Source: Marsupella aquatica
Lineage: Eukaryota; Plantae; Marchantiophyta
Length of the DNA: 64,000 nucleotides
Direction: 5' to 3'
Assembly (NCBI GenBank): GCA_973895155.1
Contig: OZ316894.1
Coordinates: 15,368,699 to 15,432,698 of the forward strand
Part shown: in pieces, positions 37,501 to 49,237 of the stretch
How the letters are laid out: each line of letters begins with the position of its first letter
Numbering within the stretch: the first letter of the stretch is position 1
The notes under the pieces: model-generated
Databases searched by the model: none
Seen by the model: only the letters and a program-made list of their open reading frames with translations
What the model was told of the DNA's origin: nothing
Made by a program: the position numbers and the translations under genes

Positions 37501-39171
37501 GGTTGCTGCATCGGCAAGTCTTCCTTCCTGGGCCTAAACACCTGCTCGATCGTAGGACTAACAGGTGGTTGAGGCTTTTCAGCCAACGGCCTCGGCGTTG
37601 GAGCTTCCTCGGGTGCCCTTACCTGCAGGGGAAGTACCGGGGCAAAAGTCTGACTTCTGGCATACCGGCACAACAGCGGCATGTGATAGCCAAGCCGCGA
37701 CACGCTCCCCATGCCGATTACCTGCTGCTCCTCCTTTAAGATCTTCTTCAATTGGTTGAGGAGGTACCCGTTGTAGTCCCGGCTTGGGTCTGGCCTTTCT
37801 GCCAGATAGACCTGTGCCTTGCCGATCTCTGCCCTCGGTAAGTTACAATGCATGGTCACCCGCAAGAAGTCGATCATCTCTCCTATGTGCGGGTTGGTGC
37901 AGGTGTTCCGGAAGAAGCCATTCTTCGTTGATGGCCCGGGGAACGACCGGAACTCCTTGTCAGGCAAGGTCTTCCTGGTATCAACTTTGGTCTTATTGCC
38001 CATCGGCAAGCCAAACACTTCGGCAATCACCTTGGGAGTAAGATAGAAATCCTTCCCATATATCCTCGTGCAATTGGTCTCGGGTTCCCATGACCCCACG
38101 AATTCTAATAGGTCTGACTCCGGTACCTCCGGCTTCAGCCATGGTAATCTTACAAAGGCCTCCAAGCCGGATCCGGCCATGAAGCCTTGGTACTTCTTGG
38201 TCTGCATGGCCGTAAAGCATGCATCCTCCTCCCGTGCAAAATGTAGTTGCACCTCCACCGGTAGGGTTGCCGCCCAGCCCTTCCAGGTGTCATCCCTGGT
38301 TGGAATGGCCTTGATGGGATCGACCTCCTCCTCTTCGGCTTCTCCCTGCCTCCTGCTCTGCTGCTCGGCTGGCTTCTTTGGTGCCGCCGACCTCGTTCTT
38401 TTTGCCGGGGTGGCTTCATCGTTGACGGCTCCCTTCCTCTTCATCTCTGCTGCCGTGGAGGTTTCTCCTAGCACCGTTGCCTGGGTCCACCTTTCCGTGC
38501 TACCCTTTAATTCCCAGTGTATGTCGTTGCAGTTCTTGATGGCCTCTCGGATGCCGACGACGCTGTCTTTGCAAAACAGAAGATCGTCGAGTTGATTGGA
38601 AGTAGGCGTCCATAGGAACTCGTCCTTGATGAGTTCGCCTCCTAAGAAAGCCGTCTTCTGTAGCTCCCACAATCGAGCGAGCTCCTGCCGTTCTCAAGCT
38701 GCCCTTTCTGACTCCTCATCCTCGTAAGTCTTGATGTACTCAGTTGCCCGTTCGAACAGGCATCCCCAGAAATGTGCCGCTTGATTGACGTTGCTCATAC
38801 CCTCCTTAGGTCGATCGTCGGTATCTACTCTCTCCCCGAGTGCTTGCCTAAGCAGCTGACAGTAGTTGGCCTCCCGTAGCCGTCTGCCTAGTTCGTGCTC
38901 GCAAATGAGCCACCATCTCCTGCAAGCGCTCCTTACCCCTCTCCTCTGCCGGTCCTTCTTCCCGTTGATCCTTCCTAGCCGCCGACGCTTAACGCGCCCT
39001 AACCCTAATCGGGTTTTCACCCTCAGCCTTACCTCCGGCCTCGGCCCGGGTTCCATGGTTGCCCCTAATTGTTTATATTTTCCTTGTTTTGTCACTATAC
39101 TAAGGTGTTCCTAGGGTGCCTTCCTGCTTTACCCACTTAACCGGCCGAGTGATTCCTGTCTAGGCATCACA
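34545..39171 (-). repeat. 5' LTR (4,627 bp)
   Basis: Direct repeat of 23694-28320, adjacent to the PBS. Confidence 0.95.
35457..39056 (-). pseudogene. LTR-embedded ~1199-aa gene, 5' LTR copy
   Basis: Single frame broken only by TGA at 38694-38696 (CGA in the other LTR). Confidence 0.85.
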
Positions 39172-39176
39172 AAGTG

Positions 39177-42100
39177 CCTCTATGAATTTCCTTCCCATAT
39201 TACGGTGTTCCAGTGAAAATCCCCTCAGGTTCTCCCGTCTCTCATTCACCATTCTCCAACCCTGTCTCTCCTCCGCCCACAGATCCTGTATACACCGAAT
39301 GCCCAGTCGCCCACAGAGCCTCATGACAGCAGCCATGTCCTCATTGCTCCATGCCTGAAAGCCTTTCAAGCACCTGATTGTGTCCCCTACTGCCCATCTT
39401 CCTGGTACTTGATCCATGGAGCAGAATATCAGATTCACCCGTAGCTGTTCCCATGCCTTCCAAAGCCCACCTGTATATGCTAGACCATGAAGTGCACGCG
39501 GGTAGCAGAGTAGCATCTTGTCCCTAAATGTGTAGTTGTTTCTCCTTACTACCTTGTAGTTGGCCCATCCAATCAGTTTCAAATTCGCAGCAAACAAGTA
39601 GGCCCATTCCGATCTGGGGGAATCCAGTGCCCCAGTAAACCATTTGGCGAGTAATGCATCCGAATGGCTTCTGAAATCCTTTGATTCCAAGTCCCCCCTC
39701 CGACTTAGGGCGAGAGATGCGAGCCCAGGATACCAGTGGTACCCGCCTACCTCCCTCCTTGTTATACCCCCACAGAAAGTCTCGACAAAGTGCAGTCATT
39801 TTTCTTGCAAGCGCATTAGAAGCCTTTAGGAACATCGAGTGATATACTGGTATTGCCTGTAAAATGTGCCTAATAAGCAGAGTTCTGCCTGTGAATGTCA
39901 ACATCTTGTTGGCCCAGGATGAGAGCCTTTGTCCAATCTTATCCAATACATAGCTGTGCAGCTGCTCCATTTTCAGGTCTACCCCCAGTGGAGCTCCGAG
40001 GTATTTCTGGAGTTCCCCCCTACCACTGATCACACAGACAGTATCCCTGAGCCATCGTGGCGTTGTTGTTACTAGTGGTATCACAGTGGATTTCCGTCAG
40101 TTAAGGCGAGCCCCTGTTGCCAATTCATAGCATTTCACCACCTCTGTTACCTGTTGAAAGTTTCTCTCCTTTGCCGGGATGAACATCCCCAAGTCATCCG
40201 CGAACAGCCGGTAGCAAATGGTTAGTATCTCTGAAACTTGTATTCCTTCCAGCCTGCCCTCAGCTAGTTCAGCATCCATAAAATCCATCAATGGTTGTGT
40301 TGAGATCACAAAAAGGAGAGGAGACAAGGGGCATCCTTGTCTGACCCCCCGTTGGAGCCCAATGTCAGTTGAAAGCATACCATTCAGGTGTATCCTGGAT
40401 GTAGCATGCTGCATCAGTGCCTGCACCAATTTGATAAAGTTGCTACTGATACCGAGCAAGTGCATAGTTTCCCAAATGTATCCCTGGTCTACTCGGTCAA
40501 ATGCCTTCTCAAAGTCTAGTTTAAGAAAAAGTGCCTCATACTTTCTATTCTTCAGCCAATCGAAAGTCAACCATGCCAGTGAGATGTTCTCCAGTATGTT
40601 TCGGCCAGGGATGAACCCTGTCTGTTGAGGGCTGATCAGCTGGGGCAGGATACATATCAGCCTGCGAGCCAGAATTTTAGCAATCAGCTTGTACACTGTA
40701 TTCAGCATGGTTAATGGCCGCCAGTCCTTTAGCATCCGTTTATCCGCCTTCTTAGGGATGAATTTGATGATCCCCTCCTTGACCCCACTAGCCAACTTCC
40801 CTGTCAACCAAAATTCCTGTATCATGGCAACCAGATCCTCTTGCAAGAATTCCCAGCATGCCTGATACACCTCTGCAGACAGCCCATCCGGTCCCGGTGC
40901 CTTGTCCTTTGGGAGCATCCAAAGTACCTCTTTTATTTCCGTGTTTGTGGGCAGCTTCTCTAGCATGGTTGTCTCTGCTGTGGTCAGTGCCACCCTGGTA
41001 TGCTTCAGCAGCCTACTTTGTTCGTTTAGTGAGATCAGCCTCTCCCCCTGCGTTGGGGCCCCAGGAGCAAACAATGCCAGGCAAGTTTGTTCCACCTCCT
41101 TCATTATGTGCACTGGGTCTGTTATCACCGCCCCCCCTTCCAACAACAAACTCTTCATCGCTTCTCGTTCTCTCTTAGCCTTAACAGTTGCAAAATAGAA
41201 ATGTGATGGTTCGTCTCCCTCCCCCAACCATTTAATTCGCGCCAATCTTCTTCCTCTATGAGCCTCCTCCAGCTCCGCAGCATGAAGTAAGTCCTCTGTG
41301 TCAACGTACTCTTTGAGTTCAATTTCAGAGTATTCCTCCATTATTGTCGTCTTCAGCATCCTTAATTTATCCCGCAGCAGCAGCAGTTCTTCTTCTCTTC
41401 ACTTAGGTGACCCTTGCTTCTCAATATACATTTTCCTCATATTGCGACTCGCCTTGTCAAAAGCCCTTATTGGTTCAGTACACCCCCCTTTTCCTTCCAT
41501 CCATGCCCGCTGGAGTGCTTCCACTGTGCCTTCAATTTTCACCAGAGCCGGGTTCGCTTTGAACAGTGTCATTCGTACCCTACCACCCTCAGCCTGTGCA
41601 TCGCTCGTGAGTTGCAAGCTCAATACCACCGGATCGTGGTCCGAGAGGGCCGAGCCCCCGTCATGCTCGAGTTCCCCAATCAGTTTGATCCATTCCCCAT
41701 TGTTGCTAAAGTAAAATCTGTCCAGCCGGGACTGTGTCAGTATCCCGTTCCTGCTCCTGCGCCATGTGAATCTAGACCCCTTGTCAATTCCTTTGAATTG
41801 TATAGCATCCACCAGATTGAATCGCACCTTCAGAAATCTCCAAAATTCAGCCTCGCGTCCTTTTATCAAGGGTGAGTCTCCTGTGGAGTCCTCCCGCATC
41901 TCCGTCATATTGAAGTCCCCGCATGCAATCCATGAAGTCGGGGGGAGTCCAAGTTTGAGTTCATTCCAGAGGATTGCCCTCCTCCTGGGCGAATTGGGCG
42001 CATAGACGCTGATTATTCCAAAGTTACATCCTTCATATACTACAAGCGCCCAGACAGCCCTACCTAAATCGAACACCCCAGAGTCCACAATTTTGATCCT

Positions 42101-42343
42101 TGGGTGTATTAGTAACGAAGTGCCCCCGCGACCCTCATCTGGGGCAGAAGTAATACACTGATACAATGGCAGTATCACCCTCATAGCCACATCGAGTCTG
42201 AACTGGTCCGCCTTAATCTCCTGCAAGGCCAAGATTTCCACCCTTCCCTTTCTAGACTCTATCCAGTTCTTTACTACATTCTTCCTATTGGGCTCACACA
42301 ACCCGCACACGTTCCAAGATGCATTCTCAACAGTTCCCCCATT
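39177..42343 (-). pseudogene. L1 ORF2 endonuclease + reverse transcriptase
   Basis: SWNVCGL, LALQE, GDFN, SRLDRFY, SDHDPV; KAPGPDG, LDFEKAFD, QGCPLSP, LFADD, KYLG; stops and frameshifts. Confidence 0.95.
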
Positions 42344-42365
42344 GCTCCCTCATTCTTTCAATGCT

Positions 42366-42760
42366 TTAGATACGAACACGTCCACCAGAAGAAGTACCAG
42401 AGCCCGCACTCCCCCGCCTACGGTGAGTCGGAGTGGCCATTGCAATTACGCCAGTCTCCTCCATTTGATAATCCTCCTTTGGCTCCACAGGGTTCCTCTT
42501 CCCAGTCCAATCCTCCGATCCTGGTGTGTTAGCGATATCAATTGTCAGTCCCTCGTTCCCGTCCACAGAAGCAGGCCTCTCAATTTCTGCAGCAGGGACA
42601 GAAGAGTGTAAGAATTTCAGAGATCGTTGCTTTTTAGGTTCTTGGGAAACTCTATCCTTCTTAGCTGCTGGAGGTGTCCTTTTGTCAAGCTTCCTCGCTC
42701 TATCTTTCCCTTTACTTGAAACATATGCTTCATATTCAGACATATCTACGTCAATGTGTG
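42366..42760 (-). pseudogene. L1 ORF1 C-terminal part
   Basis: Low-complexity open frame ending just before ORF2; continues the ORF1 piece right of 54056. Confidence 0.6.
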
Positions 42761-44526
42761 CAGGTGGGCCCATGCTTTGGATTTTCCTGAACATGAATGG
42801 CCAACACACCCAACCAAGCTAAGAGCAAAACTTGAGCAAAAGGCTTTGCACAAACTTTGGCATGAATCTAGCCCACGGCAGCAATACTACATGAGAGATG
42901 TGAACCCCATGAAGAAATATCAAGAACAAGAATACTTATCTAGCACTATCTCAGTACAACTTAGACAACTTATTGCTCAGTATAGACTAAGCTCACACCA
43001 CCTTGAAGTAGAACAAGGGAGATGGAAGGATATTGACAGGAAAAAGAGGGTTTGTCAACTATGTGAGAGGTTTTTCCCCGTGACAGGAAACAGTAAACAG
43101 GAATTATCATAACAGTAAAAATGGTGAAAGATAACAGGAGTTTTGTGCGCAATGCCGAAAGAAAATTCCCACTTTAGGGACCAAAATTACACTACAATTT
43201 GAACTGAGCAACTGTAATATATGTAACAGATACAATTATTATAGACATAAATCTTTACTAGCGCCAAAGATTTTCTACACATGAAGGCTCAAAACTATCG
43301 TGCACGACGTCAAAACTATATAAAGATTATAACACAAAATTTTATTCCCCTTTAGACACCCTAATTATCATGCTCAAACTAACTTAAATTATATTGAATC
43401 GTACTTTGATTTGGACGTCTAGTAGTGACAAACTATCGATAAAAGAGCACATCATATCAAGGGTTCCATGCATCTTCCAAAGTACTACCTAGAAGATTGT
43501 AAATGTGTGGATTGATCAAAGGTTAACATCCTCACGTAGAGTGATGTGAGCAAAAATATATACTCTTGCTATCAAATGCAATACACTCTGGTCATTGAAT
43601 GCTCTAACCAATGATGAAGAGTTTGACATATTGTAAATTTTGATTGAACCGCCTTAGACCATTAGAGGATGCTATGTTCTTTTTTGCTAGTAACAAGGTC
43701 AGCAGCCGTGACATTGGATAATATTAGTGATAATATAGCCATTAAAACATTACAAATGATGATATAATATAGTAGCACCACAAAACACTATAATAAATTT
43801 GATAATTAGAGCCATTGCTTTTGACCAAAAATTATAGCAGCGCCTGGCGCTTATCAAAATATATCCTTTAGGCTATAGTCATTTTTGTTCATATTACCAT
43901 AGTAGCACTGAATGCCAACAAAAAGTCCTCTTTGGTGAGGTCTCATTTACATAGATATTTCTTTATTACTTGCAAAATTACATGACCTTCTAAAATATCC
44001 TTTGGTGTATTTAACAACAATAGCAAACACAAGAGATAAAACGGTAATACTACTAGTGAAATAGATGGTATATCAGTAAATAATTAAAGGTCACAAACTC
44101 AAAAAAATGTTTTTCTAGAGGGTTTGGGCCAAAGTCACATTACTAGCTTTTGGCGCTAGTAATGTTCCTTTGTTTTCTACATTTTTTGCGAAAAATTTCT
44201 CTTAAAAATTTCTCAAAATGGTTCTATTATGGAGGGTCCAAGCAAGTGTGACATTACTAGCTCCCAGTGTTGAGCATAGACGACGATCGCAACGGCAAGC
44301 CCATGAACCATCCAACGCACAATAGTCGACACAAGAGATACGTGGTTCACCTCCTTGAGGCTACGTTTACGGGAACACACAAGAGAGCTTTACTGAACTC
44401 TAAGCCCGTCGGCTATACCGAGTCTCCACAGTGTAAGCTCTCCCTATCTCTCAAGTGGCTCCATAACAATGAGCCTTGGTTCTACCTCTCCAAGCACACA
44501 TGCCTCTTATGATATAGTGTGCAACT

Positions 44527-44706
44527 TAGTTGTACCTAACCACATAGTTGTACCTAACCACATAGTTGTACCTAATCACGTAGTTGTACCTAACCACATA
44601 GTTGTACCTAATCACGTAGTTGTACCTAACCACATAGTTGTACCTAATCACATAGTTGTACCTAACCACGTAGTTGTACCAACCCACGTTGTTGTACCAA
44701 CCACGT
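44527..44706. repeat. 18-bp minisatellite inside the Copia LTR, ~10 copies (also ~50656-50835)
   Basis: Unit TAGTTGTACCTAAYCACR. Confidence 0.93.
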
Positions 44707-44932
44707 CATACCTAACCTAGACGTAAGAGTAAATACCCAACAATCTTCCCCTTGACTCTGGTCTAGGGGAGAGTAATACTGCCAATGTATATGATCCCTC
44801 AGCGGGAAGTTCTGGACAGAAACCAAACCGGTTTCCCTCTCTAACTAGAGCAAACCAGAACTAAGCCGTAGCCTAATACATAGGAATGAGGAAGAGCATA
44901 TATCAGTAATTACAATGAATGTTAAGAAAACT

Positions 44933-47900
44933 CTACTTGTGATGCAATTGCAAAACCTGCAATATGTCACGGTGTCTAGAGAAACTCTCCAAAGGAATCA
45001 CTTTGGTAAATGCGTCAACCGGGTTGAGTTTACCATCAATCTTGACTAGCTCAAACAAATTATCAAACACAGCCTGCCTGATAAAATGGTACCTAACGTC
45101 AATGTGCTTCACTCTGCTGTCCATCACCTGGTTCACAGCAAGGTGGAGCGCACTTTGACTATCACAATGGAGCTTCACATTCCCCTATGGCAATCCCATT
45201 TCAGTGATAAGTCTATCCAACCAAATCGCTTCCTTTGCTGCTTCCGCAGCTGCAACATACTCCGCTTCTGTAGTAGACTGAGCAATACACTTCTGCAAAG
45301 TAGACCTCCAACTTATGCATCCACCGCCAAGTGTGAACACGTATCCTGTTGTTGATCTCCTTCGGTCCAAATCTTGTCCATAGTCAGAATCAACATAGCC
45401 AATCAATGATTTAGCATTCTTTGCATTCGCATCAAATAAAAGACCATGATCCACGGTACCCTTCAAGTACCTGATAATCCACTTCACTGCTTCCCAGTGT
45501 ACCTTCCCTGGATTTGACATGTACCTGCTTACCTTGCCCATAGCCATGGCAAGATCAGGTCTAGTGCAAGTCATCAAATACATGAGACTCCCCACTGCCT
45601 TGTCATACGGAACCTTTGACATCAACCCCTTCTCTGTGTCATCCGTAGGACAGAACGCTGATGATAACTTGAAGTGTGGAGCCAACGGGGTACTTACTGG
45701 CTTGCTATTCTCCATGTTGAACCTTGCAATTACCTTCCTCGCATAACTGCTCTGCGTCAACCATAGCTTGCCAGCCTTCAAGTCCCTAGTGATCTCCATA
45801 CCCAAAATCCTCTTAGCTGGCCCTAAGTCCTTCATCTTAAACTCTGCACTAAGCAGTGCCTTGAGCTTAACAATCTCAGACCTATCCTTGGCTGCAATTA
45901 GCATATCATCCACATAAAGTACTAAAACAATGAACCCAAATACAATATTCTTTACCGATTTCAAATACACACAAGGGTCAAATACACTTCTGTGAAAACC
46001 TTGTGACCGAATCCAATCGTCAAACCGCTTGTTCCACTGTCTTGGTGACTGCTTCAACCCATACAAGGATTTCAGCAATCTGCAAACCAATTCCTCCTGT
46101 CCTCTCTTCACAAAACCTAGCGGTTGTCTCATGAAGATCACCTCTTCCAATGTGCCATAGAGGAAAGTTGTGACAACATCCATCTGATCTAGCAGCAGAC
46201 CAAACATTACAACAAGTACACATAATAGTCGTATTGTAGAGTACTTAGCAACTGGTGAGAAGACCTCATTGTAATCCACACCTTTCTCTTGTGTGAATCC
46301 CTTTGCTACCAACCTAGCCTTGTAGACCTTCGATCCACCTCCTATGGAATTATCCTTCAGCTTGTAAATCCACTTGCTGTCCACCACTTGCTGACCCTTA
46401 GGCAGCTTAACAAGCTCCCAAGTTTTGTTGTCCTTTAGTGACTGCATCTCCGTTTGCATTGCTGCAGTCCACTTCTGCTTCTCCTTTGAAGTACTTGCCT
46501 CATGAAATGAAGAAGGTTCCCCTTCTTCCAAAATTAACGCATCACCCTCATCATCAGCTGCAAAATCATCCTCTTGCAGTTGAGATGAATCAACCCACTG
46601 TCCATACCTTGATGGAGCGCGTACAGTGCGACCAGATGTTCTTCTAGCCGATGACTCCGGTTGATCTGCGTGTGCTGGTACAATTTGAAGCTCAACAGCA
46701 TCCACTTGCTGCTCACCAGCATCAACAAACTCCTCTGGTTCCTCTGGCACAGGAACCAGCTCCATAATTGGAGCAACTCCTTCTCTCCGGTCATGCACCT
46801 CATAACCAATCTCCCCCTCAACGAGATCCGGGATAGGAGATTTTCCTTTGTCAGTACGGGAGACCTGAGTATTCTCCCCCTCCTTCAATAATCTGGATTC
46901 ATTGAAGGAAACATCCCTACTGACAACGAGCTTACAGGCAATAGGATCCCATAGCCTATAGGCTTTCACACCACTCTGGTACCCAAGAAAAACACATTTC
47001 CTGGAGGTAGGATCCAACTTGGTCCTATTCTGCTTTGGTGTGAGAGCATATGCATCACTTCCAAAAATTACCAAGCCATGATAGTCTGCTTGCCGCTTAT
47101 AGCGCATCTCAAACGGCGTTTTGAAATTGATAGCACTAGAAGGAGAAAGATTTACCAAATAAGCTGCGGTATTGATAGCTTCTGCCCAAAATTCTTGTGG
47201 TAAACCTGATTGGCTCAACATACTCCGTGACCGCTCCAACAGTGTCCGATTGAGCCTCTCAGCGACACCATTCTGCTGCGGAGTATAAACTGTGGTGAGA
47301 TGGCGAGTTATCCCCTGTTCTGAACAGTACTCTTCAAATTCCATTGAAGTGTACTCCCCGCCGTTGTCTGACCTCAGACTCTTCACCCTTGTATCCAAAC
47401 ACTTGATCGTGTTTCCAGTCTGATTCTCCACCTGGGCCTTCCACTTCTTAAAAATGGACAAGACATCAGACTTATGCGTCATGAAATAAATCCACACAAA
47501 TCTTGAGTAATCATCAATAAATGATACATAGTACAACTTTCCAGAGTGTGAGGGAGTCGGGGATGGACCCCACACGTCACTATGTATGTACTCAAGAACC
47601 GCTTTGGAACGATGAGTTCCAACACCAAAAGCACGACGATGCTGCTTTCCAAGAATGCAATGCTCACAAAACTCTAATTTACAAGATTGCAAATCAGAAA
47701 TGAGTCCATTCTTCCGTAAGATAGCCAAACCCTTCTCACTCATGTGGCCTAGCCGTGAATGCCACAGTTGAGTCATCTCCTCGTGAGACTTGGTTACATT
47801 GGCCTCTCCACATACAGTATTGCCCTGTAACACATACAAATTCTTTTGTCTACTCCCCTTCAAAATCACTGTCTCTCCCGACCTGACTTGAAGTTCACCA

Positions 47901-49237
47901 TCAATAACGCTCCATTGATGACCATTTGAATCCAACACACCGAGTGAAATCAGATTCTTATGCATGCCAGGTACATACCTGACTCCGGACACTGTGCGCA
48001 CAGCGCCATCAAACATTTGAATCTTCACAGACCCAATTCCCTCAATTTGACAGGAGTGATCATTTCCCATCAGAACTGAACCGTTTGAAACAGAGTAAGA
48101 ACTGAAAAACTCACGAATGTAACAAATATGAAAAGAGCAAGCACAATCAAGAATCCACACATCATCTGCTCTCCTAGATGACGTGCACAGGGCATACCCC
48201 CGACTTCATAAAACATACTCATCATTGAGTAAATCAGCTTCTCCATCAGCCCTAGCCACATTTGCCGATGAAGTTTCCGCTGCCTTTCCCTTACAGTCTC
48301 GCTTGAAGTGTCCAACTTGGTTGCACTTCCAACATGTCACCTGCCTCCTCTGAGGGGATTTACCCTTGGACTTAGATCTGGATTTAGATCTAAACTGGGT
48401 TCTACGGTCCCCAGTTGGTCGCTGCATACTCCTCCCACGGTTAACATTGAGGGCAGCACCAGATGATGAAGGCTGTGACGTGATGTGCATCTTCTGCTGA
48501 AGATCATCACTAAGCAGAGAACTTACCACGTCATTGTATGAAATGGTATCCCTATCACGATGCAACAACACTCGTGATAGGGACTGGTAAGATGGAGGCA
48601 ATGAACTAAGAAGCTGCAGAGCCTTCGTCTCATCATTCAAAGTCTCCCCAAGGTTTTCCAAGTCAACGACCATGTCGTTGAAAGCATCCACATGGTCTTG
48701 CAACTTCGTACCAGATTCCTTCATCCTGAAACTCATCAGTTTGTAAGAAGTGTAGAGCCGGTTCGACAACTCCTTGCGGTGATACTTGCTCTGCAATTCC
48801 GCAAACAAGGACATGCAATCCTTATGTGCACCCAACTGCTTGATGATGGGAGGCATGAGATAGAGTGTAACACACCACACTCCCTGCTCCTGCATGCGGT
48901 CCCATTGTTTCTCATCAACATCGTCTTCACGAGGGCTCAGCAGTTGGCCCATCCCTGACGCATAAAGTACTCCCTTCACTTGCTTCTCCCATAGCAAGTA
49001 GTCAGAGCGCCCATCATACTTTGTCACTTCATACTTGGGTCCCCCAAGCTTGAAAGTCCCCATCTTCTTCTTTACCGTGAGCTCCGGTAGTAGTACTGCT
49101 TCCTCCACCACACGCCGCACCGGTGATGGTATCGGTGTCACGTGCTCTTCCTCCTGCTCCTCTCTCTGCCCCTGAAACCTCCGCGGTGATCCTCGTGCTT
49201 CAAGTTCCACGTCTTCGAAAAAACTCCTCCGAATCAC
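44933..49237 (-). pseudogene. Copia gag-pol in one frame with in-frame stops at 48206 and 45185
   Basis: CWKCNQVGHFKRDC, WILDCACSFH, WHSRLGH, SDNGGEY, YVDDML, GYVDSD, HCDSQSA, KHIDVRYHF. Confidence 0.95.

Larger units (their letters stand above)
23694..39171 (-). mobile_element. Ty3/Gypsy retrotransposon (non-chromovirus, Athila/OTA-like), 15,478 bp with 4,627-bp LTRs
   Basis: TSD AAGTG at 23689-23693 and 39172-39176; TG..CA LTR ends; PBS; order gag-PR-RT-RH-INT; no chromodomain. Confidence 0.95.

Noticed and set aside
44469-44720. VVPNHI-repeat ORF (also 50598-50849)
   Set aside because: Translation by-product of the 18-bp LTR minisatellite.
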